Below, in pieces: positions 36,521 to 42,339 of a DNA stretch of 42,339 bases. The stretch is from an uncultured bacterium. GTDB lineage: Bacteria > Fermentibacterota > Fermentibacteria > Fermentibacterales > JCC-6. Each line of letters opens with the position of its first letter. The stretch's first letter is position 1. A program made the position numbers and the translations under genes. The stretch is taken from the NCBI GenBank assembly GCA_964639605.1, contig CAZXEF010000002.1, positions 1 through 42,339 of the forward strand, given 5' to 3'. The notes under the pieces are model-generated. The model was not told the DNA's origin. It did no database searches and saw only the letters and a program-made list of their open reading frames with translations.

Positions 36521-36763
36521 AGTCCTGCAGTCCACGGACTAGTGCGGCCTTGGAAGCACTGGTCCTGCAGTTCACGGACTAGTGCGGCCCTGGAAGCACT
36601 GGTCCTGCAGTTCCCGGACTAGTGCGGCCCTGGAAGCACTAGTCCTGCAGTTCCCGGACCAGTGCGGCCCTGGAAGCACTGGTCCTGCAGTCACGGACTA
36701 GTGCGGCCTTGGAAGCACTAGTCCTGCAGTCACGGACTAGTGCGGCCCTGGAAGCACTAGTCC
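36521..36763 (-). repeat. Tandem array of six 39-40 bp units duplicating the 3' end of cpoB; each unit junction forms a 10-bp-stem hairpin
   Basis: Units start at 36521, 36561, 36601, 36641, 36681 and 36720. The progenitor copy starts at 36759 and is the true gene end. Consensus (plus strand): RGTCCTGCAGTTCCCGGACYAGTGCGGCCCTGGAAGCACT. Confidence 0.95.
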
Positions 36764-37431
36764 TGCAGTTCCCGGACCAGTGCGGCTTCATCACTTCCAG
36801 GGTACCTGTTCAGGAGCAGGTCGAAGAGCCTGTCCTTCTCCGCGTCGGCCCCGTGGGTGGCGTATATATCGGCAGCCCTGAACAGAGCTCCGGAAGCCCA
36901 CTCCGAACCGGGGTACATGTAGTACAGCGCCACCAGGTCCTCAATGGCGCGATGTGAATAACCGGCCTCCTCCCAGCAGATGGCCATGTAGTAGAGGGCG
37001 TCGTCCGCCAGGGACGAGGACGGGTGCCTGTCATGGAGTTCCAGGAAGCCCTGGGCGGCAATGTCGAAACTGCCCTGCTGGAACTGCCTGTAGGCCTCGT
37101 CGAAGAGAAGCTGGGCGCCGGGACCGGCCACGGTGTCCTGCACCGCTGTGGTTCCTGAGCTGTTGAGCCTCATCAGGGTCATGTCAAGCTCGTCCGCAAG
37201 TGCCGTGAGCCGCTCTATCAGGTCCGACGTCCTGCTGCCGGACTGGGCCTGGAGACCTCGAAGCAGCGTCTCGTTGGCTTCCATAGCCGCGGTCAGGTCC
37301 TGGATGTCGGCCTTCAACTCCTGCTGGTCCGTCTGGATGTTCTCGATCTCCTTCGGAGTATGGATCCAGAACCCCAGGCAGCCCGTGAGGAGGAGGAATG
37401 CGGTGACCGCTGCGATCGATAACCTGAGCAT
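36757..37431 (-). CDS. cpoB: Tol-Pal system protein CpoB/YbgF (coiled-coil plus TPR)
   Basis: 224 aa. Signal/lipobox LLLTGC, a Q/E-rich coiled coil, and C-terminal TPR-like repeats (..YRQFQQGSFDIAAQGF..HPSSSLADDALYYMAICW..YPGSEWASGALF..). Last gene of the canonical tolQRAB-pal-cpoB order. Confidence 0.8.
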   Translation of the reverse strand: MLRLSIAAVTAFLLLTGCLGFWIHTPKEIENIQTDQQELKADIQDLTAAMEANETLLRGLQAQSGSRTSDLIERLTALADELDMTLMRLNSSGTTAVQDTVAGPGAQLLFDEAYRQFQQGSFDIAAQGFLELHDRHPSSSLADDALYYMAICWEEAGYSHRAIEDLVALYYMYPGSEWASGALFRAADIYATHGADAEKDRLFDLLLNRYPGSDEAALVRELQD

Positions 37432-37433
37432 GA

Positions 37434-37985
37434 TCAGTTGCCCGGAAGGACTCTGAAGTGCGCCCTTCTGTTGCCGGCCCAGGCCTGCTCGTTGTGACCG
37501 GGGTCGAAGGGCCTCTCCTTGCCGTAGCTGATGTACTCCAGGCGGCTCCTGGCTATCCCGAAGTTGACCAGGTAGTTGTAGACGGCCAGGGCCCTCTTCT
37601 CGCCCAGTGAGAGGTTGTAGTCTATGGTGCCTCTCTCGTCGCAGTGGCCCTCCACCAGGACCCGGTAACCCTCGGTGTCCATGATGTATGAGGCGTTCTC
37701 CATGAGTATGTCCAGAGCGGAAGCGGAGAGATCGTAGCTGTCATACTCGAAGTAGATGTCGTCCAGGTTGTCCTGGTGAAACATCATCATGTCGTTGTAC
37801 GCGGAAAGGGTGTCGGATTCCCAAACACCTACCAGGGTGTCCGGGACATCAGTCACAACCACTGTGGTGGTGTCGTGGCCGTTGGTAATGGTGTCGTCCG
37901 GCCGGCAGCCTGACAACGAGGCAAGGGCGGCGGCCAGGACCACCGCTGCAAGGACCATAGGATATCTTGATCTCACAGTGCTCAT
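37434..37985 (-). CDS. pal: Peptidoglycan-associated lipoprotein Pal (OmpA-like C-terminal domain)
   Basis: Lipoprotein signal MSTVRSRYPMVLAAVVLAAALASLSG|C. OmpA_C motif FEYDSYDL...EGHCDERGT..YNLSLGEKRA..V..YL...G. The track ORF begins at a GTG at 38051, inside tolB. I prefer the ATG at 37985; 38015 is also possible. Confidence 0.88.
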   Translation of the reverse strand: MSTVRSRYPMVLAAVVLAAALASLSGCRPDDTITNGHDTTTVVVTDVPDTLVGVWESDTLSAYNDMMMFHQDNLDDIYFEYDSYDLSASALDILMENASYIMDTEGYRVLVEGHCDERGTIDYNLSLGEKRALAVYNYLVNFGIARSRLEYISYGKERPFDPGHNEQAWAGNRRAHFRVLPGN

Positions 37986-38011
37986 CCTCCCTCTGAAGAT
38001 GTTGCGCTCGC

Positions 38012-39190
38012 TCATCTGAATCCAAGGGGCGACCATGTCGGGCAGTAGCACTCTCCGCCCCCGGAAAGCTTTCTTACGTTCAGTCCGTTCAGTTCGATCA
38101 TATATATGCCCCGCCCGCCGTCCATGTCGCTGCTGAAGGCTATGTGTCTGCCGGTGGGACCCCAGACGGGATCCTCGTTGAGGGTGCCGTCGAACGTGAG
38201 CTGACGGATGTTGGAACCGTCAGCGTCCATCACGAAGATGTGGAAGTCCCCCCCTGTCATGGCGGTGTAGGCAATCCTGTCGCCGTCCGGCGACCAGGAG
38301 GGGCTGTCGCAGTACCCATGGGAACTCGTGACCCTCATGGCGGTCCCCCCTGAGCTGTCCATGACGTAGAGCTGGGGGTATCCGATCCTGTCGCTGGTGA
38401 AGACGATCTGCCTGCCTGTGGGGGAGAAGCTGGGAGAGGTCTCGATGGACTCCCTGAGGGTGAGCCTTGTGGTCTGCGAGGTTTCGGTGTTCAGGAGGTA
38501 TATGTCGGAGTTGCCGTCCCTGGAGAGAACCAGGGCCACCGTGGTCCCGTCGGGACTCCAGGCGGGGGACGAGTTCAGTCCGGGGATGCTGAGTATCTTC
38601 CCGGCCGAGGAAGTCGAGAAGCTGTAACTCCAGAGGTCGGCGTTACCGGACCTGTAGGAGGTGAACACTATCCTGTCGCCGTCCGGGGACCATGCTGGAG
38701 TGGTTATCACATCTCCGTCGAACATCACGGTCCTGGCAGGCCTCGGGTCCTGGGACTTCACGGCCAGCGCGTAGCCGTCACCGGTCCTTCTGATGTAGGC
38801 TATCCAGGTGGACGCGATGCCCTCTTCCCCCGTGAGATCGTATACCAGGTCATCGGCGAAGGCGTGGCAGAGGGAGTACAGGCTCTCCCCCGAGTAGTTC
38901 CTAGTCATCAGCGGTTCACCGCCCGAAGACACTCTGGCCCTGAGCTGGTACCCGTCGGGTGAGCTGCCCACTTCTATCTCGGCGCTTGCGTAGCCCTCGT
39001 CCGAAGTGATGAGCAGTCCCGAAAAATCTATGTCATCCCTTATCTGCTCGAAAGCCGTTTCCGACAGATCACGGTCACCTTCCACCGTAAGGGATACAGG
39101 AATGCATTCGGCCCCGATGGGGGTCATGGGAATGAAATCCGAGCCCCGCGCAGCTAATGCCAGAACAAGAATGAATGATAAGTATCTCAT
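38012..39190 (-). CDS. tolB: Tol-Pal system beta-propeller protein TolB
   Basis: 392 aa with a signal peptide. Repeated P(A/S)WSPDG propeller blades (PAWSPDGDRIVF, PAWSPDGTTVA, PSFSPTGRQIVF, PSWSPDGDRIAY, PVWGPTGRHIAF). Confidence 0.9.
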   Translation of the reverse strand: MRYLSFILVLALAARGSDFIPMTPIGAECIPVSLTVEGDRDLSETAFEQIRDDIDFSGLLITSDEGYASAEIEVGSSPDGYQLRARVSSGGEPLMTRNYSGESLYSLCHAFADDLVYDLTGEEGIASTWIAYIRRTGDGYALAVKSQDPRPARTVMFDGDVITTPAWSPDGDRIVFTSYRSGNADLWSYSFSTSSAGKILSIPGLNSSPAWSPDGTTVALVLSRDGNSDIYLLNTETSQTTRLTLRESIETSPSFSPTGRQIVFTSDRIGYPQLYVMDSSGGTAMRVTSSHGYCDSPSWSPDGDRIAYTAMTGGDFHIFVMDADGSNIRQLTFDGTLNEDPVWGPTGRHIAFSSDMDGGRGIYMIELNGLNVRKLSGGGECYCPTWSPLGFR

Positions 39191-39194
39191 GCCG

Positions 39195-39944
39195 TCACTC
39201 CGGTCCTAGGAATTCTATGTTGATGACCGCCGGGCTGGTCCTTCCAGGCGGCATAGGAGGTATCTGGGCCATGCTCAGCGCGTTCTCCACAGCCCTGTCG
39301 AAAGCAGAGGTCCCGCTTCTCCTGATGATTTCCACATCGGTGGACCCGTCGGGGTAGACCGTTAGCACGACCCTGTAGGACTGCTGAGGGCTAACCGAGG
39401 TCCTGTAGCCCCTCCTTACCGCGTTGAAGACCCTGGACTCGTAGGTGCCGGGTCCCGGGGCTCCCGCTCCTGCATCTCCCTGGGAGCTGACGGCGGCAAA
39501 GCCCTCCGCTGCAACCTGGACTTCCTCGGGGACCTCTTCGGGATGCTCCTCTATGACCTCCTGGGGAGTTTCCTCCGTGATTTCCTCGGGGACCTCTTCG
39601 GGGTTTTCCTCTGGAGTCTCCTCGGGATTCTCCTGGACCTCCTCTGGGATCGAGATCACCTCCTGCACTTCCTCGGGGATCTCCTGCACCTCTTCCTGGA
39701 TGACCGCCTCCTGGACCTCCTCGGGGACCGTCAATTCCTCCGTTACGACGTCCGAGGAAGCGGACAGGGTCACCATGTGGACCATCATTGCGTCATCTCC
39801 ACCGGTAAGGGTGCTGGCGCTGCTTGAGAATGTGATGGCTCCCACCAGAAGCAGTATCAGATGCCCGGCGCCCGCCAGGATGTAGTCCAGCCTGCGGGGC
39901 GAGTAATCCTTCCCCCGGAGGGGTTCACGATCATTGAAGCTCAA
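39195..39944 (-). CDS. tolA: TolA/TonB-like energy-transducing protein with acidic Pro/Glu repeat linker
   Basis: 249 aa. N-terminal TM anchor, a roughly 80-aa PEEVQE-type repeat region, and a C-terminal TonB_C-like fold (..YRVVLTVYPDGSTDVEIIRRSGTSAFDRAVENAL..). Sits in the TolA slot between tolR and tolB. Confidence 0.75.
   Translation of the reverse strand: MSFNDREPLRGKDYSPRRLDYILAGAGHLILLLVGAITFSSSASTLTGGDDAMMVHMVTLSASSDVVTEELTVPEEVQEAVIQEEVQEIPEEVQEVISIPEEVQENPEETPEENPEEVPEEITEETPQEVIEEHPEEVPEEVQVAAEGFAAVSSQGDAGAGAPGPGTYESRVFNAVRRGYRTSVSPQQSYRVVLTVYPDGSTDVEIIRRSGTSAFDRAVENALSMAQIPPMPPGRTSPAVINIEFLGPE
39522..39602 (-). repeat. Internal 60-bp-spaced duplication within the TolA-like linker coding region
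   Basis: The identical 21-mer ttcctcggggacctcttcggg occurs at 39522..39542 and 39582..39602. The surrounding sequence (about 39480-39730) is degenerate GAR/CCN repeat coding PEEV(Q/P)E. Confidence 0.7.
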
Positions 39945-40374
39945 TATCCTCGCTCCTGCTCTCCTGTATCAGCCCTACACTGAGGTAGCCTCCGCTTCCC
40001 AGCCTGGTCAGCGCATTTGCCACCACCTCGTACCTTACATCCTTGTCAGCCCTCACGAAGGCCTCGTTCCTGCCGGAAGCGTAGGCTGCCTCGGCCAGCG
40101 AGGCCAGGCTCTCCATGAGAACGGGCTCTCCTGACACCGACAGGTTGCCGTAGGCGTCTATCTCCACCACGAGCGATTCAGTGGGATCCAGGCTGTTGAC
40201 TATCCTTCCCTCGCTGGAGGACGGGGGAGTGATATCCGCACTTCTCTGCATAACCGGCGAGGTGAGCATGAAGATCACCAGCAGGACCAGGGTAACGTCA
40301 ACCAGGTTGGTGACGTTGATCCCGGAGAAGCGGGTATACCTGGTCCTTATCATTCCAGGCTGCCCCTCCTGCAA
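39931..40374 (-). CDS. tolR: Biopolymer transport protein ExbD/TolR
   Basis: 147 aa. Single TM with INVTNLVDVTLVLLVIFM (conserved Asp context). Lies between tolQ and the tolA-like gene. Confidence 0.88.
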   Translation of the reverse strand: MQEGQPGMIRTRYTRFSGINVTNLVDVTLVLLVIFMLTSPVMQRSADITPPSSSEGRIVNSLDPTESLVVEIDAYGNLSVSGEPVLMESLASLAEAAYASGRNEAFVRADKDVRYEVVANALTRLGSGGYLSVGLIQESRSEDIELQ

Positions 40375-41018
40375 ACGTCGACAAGCTCTGAGAGGAACCT
40401 GTCCATGTCGCCGGCCAGGGAATTTATCCTGCCCACCACGAAGTTATGGAAGATATTGGCGGGTATGGCGGCCAGAAGACCCGCCACGGTAGTTGTGAGC
40501 GCGGCGGCGATACCGGCCCCCACTGCACTCAGGTCGGCCACTCCAAGCTCCTTCATCCCGATGAAACTGGTCAGCACGCCCCATACGGTCCCAAGAAGCC
40601 CGAGAAGAGGGGATACGCTGGTCACGGTGGCCAGAAGGCCGATGTTCCTCTCCCTCTGGGCAAGGTCCTCCCCCGCTTCCCTCTCAAGGGCGCTTGTCAG
40701 GCTGCTGACCTCCTGCGGGGTCAGGGGATCGTGGATACCCCTGTCAATCCTGCGCTGAAGGAACCTCCCCGCTTCTGAGTACATCCTGGCAAGGGGTCCG
40801 ACTTCGTTGCTCCTGCTCCAGAAATCGCCTCCAGGGGGCCTTCCGGTTGTGCGGAGAGCGTCCATGAATATCTTTGAGGAACTGAGAATGGTCCTGAACT
40901 CCCGTATCTTGGCGATGGCCACAGCCCAGGAACCGATGGAGAGCACGGCTATGGTGATCAGTATGAGCTTGGTCACCAGATCGGCGCTGGCGACCACATT
41001 CAGAACCTCACCTATCAC
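40350..41018 (-). CDS. tolQ: MotA/TolQ/ExbB proton-channel protein
   Basis: 222 aa, 3 TM segments. LATVTSVSPLLGLLGTVWGV..F and AGIAAALTTTVAGL motifs of the MotA_ExbB family. Confidence 0.9.
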   Translation of the reverse strand: MIGEVLNVVASADLVTKLILITIAVLSIGSWAVAIAKIREFRTILSSSKIFMDALRTTGRPPGGDFWSRSNEVGPLARMYSEAGRFLQRRIDRGIHDPLTPQEVSSLTSALEREAGEDLAQRERNIGLLATVTSVSPLLGLLGTVWGVLTSFIGMKELGVADLSAVGAGIAAALTTTVAGLLAAIPANIFHNFVVGRINSLAGDMDRFLSELVDVCRRGSLE

Positions 41019-41409
41019 GATTCATTACCCCCTTATGGATGAAGGCAACCGCCTCGATCTCTATCAGGGCCCCCAGCGGAAGCGCGGCGGCCTGTACTAT
41101 GGACCGGGCGGGGTACGGCTCCTCAAAAAAGCTTGAGTAGATCCTGTTTACAAGATCAAATTCAGACATGTCAGTAATATACAGATTCAGCTTCACGACC
41201 CCATCCATATCCGTCCCGGCCTCCCTGAGTATCTCCCGGACGTTGCTGAGAGCCCTTGCCGTCTGGGCTGAAAGCCCCTCTTCCAGGGCCCCCGTCGACG
41301 GATCGATACCAATCTGCCCCGCAGTAAAGACCAGGTCACCGGAGATAACGGCCTGGCTGTAAGCCCCCACCGGCAGTGGCGCCCCGACGGTCCTCACTGT
41401 TCTCCGCAT
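41008..41409 (-). CDS. ridA: RidA/YjgF-family reactive-intermediate deaminase
   Basis: 133 aa. APLPVGAYSQAV..GDLVFTAGQIG and ..PARS.V....LP.GALIEIE motifs. Confidence 0.88.
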   Translation of the reverse strand: MRRTVRTVGAPLPVGAYSQAVISGDLVFTAGQIGIDPSTGALEEGLSAQTARALSNVREILREAGTDMDGVVKLNLYITDMSEFDLVNRIYSSFFEEPYPARSIVQAAALPLGALIEIEAVAFIHKGVMNRDR

Positions 41410-41560
41410 GTCTGTCCTAACTTCGAAGAATTCCGGTCGTTCCCGGTTTCAGAAATATATACACATGAGATGAAGATTATGTTCCATTCCACTGCATCAG
41501 GGAAGAATATACAAAACTCGGACGAAATGATATCACGATTCGGGAATGGCAGGACGAGCC

Positions 41561-42339
41561 TCAAGGAGTCCGGCTGTTGGCGTTCATGTACCTGATGGTG
41601 GCCCATACCACCCAGAGGGTCCCGAAGATCACTGCCGCGGCAGTGGCCAGGGAGGCCCCGAAACCTCCAAGCCTTGGGATGAGGATAATATTGAGACCTA
41701 TGTTGAATATCGAAGAGATGACAACACTGTAGAGGGAATACTGCGGTTTGCCCACCGCGGCGGAAGCCGTGGAGAAGAAGCTTCCAAGGGGCCTGACCAC
41801 GGAAAGGGCTCCCAGGACCAGCATTATCTGCCATCCATCGGTGTACTTCCCGCTGTATATGAAATCCATCAGCTGCCTGGGGAACAGTACGTAAAGAAGG
41901 ATGACCGGCGCCATCAGTACCTCGGCCAGAAGGACCGTGCTCCATACCCTGGACATGATGCTGTCCCTCTGTCCCTGCTTCCACATCCTGGATATCAGGG
42001 GCAGGAGGACCATGTTCGCGGCAGCCACCACCACGAGGATCATTCCGGACAGCGACCTTGCGGCGCCGTAGGCCGCCACATCACCCGGCGCTATCTTGCC
42101 CAGCATGAGAATGTCGGTCCTGGAGTAGATGAAGCTGGCCAGGGAGGTTCCGAGGGTAATGAAGGCGAACTTCATCACCAGGGACACTCCGCTCCAATTC
42201 ATGCCTGCTCCGGGGAAGAAAAGGTCCCTGGCAAGCCAGGAGCTGAGAATGAAGGCAGCGATATTGGCCAGGATCACGGCTAAGAAGATCTGGTGGGGCG
42301 TCCGAAGGGTGCCCAGTATCAGAAGGGTCCCGATGATGC
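41561..42339 (-). CDS. MOP-superfamily polysaccharide/oligosaccharide flippase (Wzx/MurJ-like), C-terminal part; 5' end outside the window
   Basis: Highly hydrophobic multi-TM sequence. The frame stays open beyond the track's GTG at 42277 up to the window edge (..IIGTLLILGTLRTPHQIFLAVILANI..). Family call is by general resemblance only. Confidence 0.6.
   Translation of the reverse strand, partial: IIGTLLILGTLRTPHQIFLAVILANIAAFILSSWLARDLFFPGAGMNWSGVSLVMKFAFITLGTSLASFIYSRTDILMLGKIAPGDVAAYGAARSLSGMILVVVAAANMVLLPLISRMWKQGQRDSIMSRVWSTVLLAEVLMAPVILLYVLFPRQLMDFIYSGKYTDGWQIMLVLGALSVVRPLGSFFSTASAAVGKPQYSLYSVVISSIFNIGLNIILIPRLGGFGASLATAAAVIFGTLWVVWATIRYMNANSRTP

Noticed and set aside
36521-36763. Possible CRISPR array, because of regularly spaced palindromic repeats
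   Set aside because: There are no unique spacers. The entire 39-40 bp period is repeated, the 9-10 nt linkers are near-identical, no cas genes are present, and the repeat derives from the adjacent gene's 3' end. It is a tandem repeat / hairpin array, not a CRISPR.
37986-38051. GTG-initiated extension of pal into tolB
   Set aside because: The lipoprotein signal peptide begins cleanly at Met(37985). The extension adds a non-signal leader and overlaps tolB by 40 nt. It cannot be fully excluded, and 38015 is another candidate start.
39445-39885. 146-aa plus-strand Ser/Thr/Trp-rich ORF
   Set aside because: It is the antisense reading of the PEEVQE repeat region of the TolA-like gene, a repeat-driven artefact.
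41394-41984. 196-aa minus-strand ORF spanning the ridA-flippase intergenic region
   Set aside because: It overlaps the hydrophobic flippase frame out of frame and has His/Gly/Arg/Pro-rich composition with no motif. The AT-rich 41410-41560 stretch looks intergenic.

Overview
This is a 42.3-kb, GC-rich chromosomal segment from a diderm bacterium. It encodes Tol-Pal, LPS-heptose genes and many beta-barrel outer-membrane proteins. Two secreted proteins end in FlgD-Ig / T9SS-like C-terminal sorting domains, which suggests an uncultivated FCB-type lineage; that taxonomic guess is inference only. Every feature I can support (about 46 CDS and one tRNA) lies on the minus strand, and many genes have 1-4 nt start/stop overlaps.

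In transcription order, from high to low coordinates:
- partial MOP/Wzx-type flippase, then ridA
- tolQ-tolR-tolA(TonB-like)-tolB-pal-cpoB
- an array of six 30-nt hairpins built from a 39-40 bp tandem repeat that duplicates the 3' end of cpoB
- tRNA-Leu(UAG), then tig-clpP-clpX-engB-purA
- a TatD::radical-SAM fusion, rsmA, a 606-aa beta-barrel, a lipoprotein and an NPPF methyltransferase
- a DUF1566 protein with a sorting domain
- rfbD-like gene, gmhA, an LPG-synthase-TM-like protein, a 2x[4Fe-4S] ferredoxin and an FmdB zinc ribbon
- a tightly packed envelope operon: orphan lipoprotein SBP, OB-like/FlgD-Ig secreted protein, 276-aa barrel, 810-aa ComEA-HhH::barrel fusion, 410-aa FadL/PorV-like barrel, 5'-nucleotidase and DUF2085
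- DUF3006, rsmI, a CDP-alcohol phosphatidyltransferase and ino1 (inositol lipid genes)
- tmk, ctp, pgm/pmm, then yceD-rpmF-plsX-fabH-fabG-acpP-fabF-rnc

The best candidates for something undescribed are the HhH-barrel envelope operon (12.4-20.9 kb) and the hairpin array at 36.5-36.8 kb. Three genes also appear to need a non-ATG/GTG/TTG start, most likely CTG. I saw no transposase, integrase, CRISPR array or rRNA.

All product calls come from motif recognition by eye. No database search was run.
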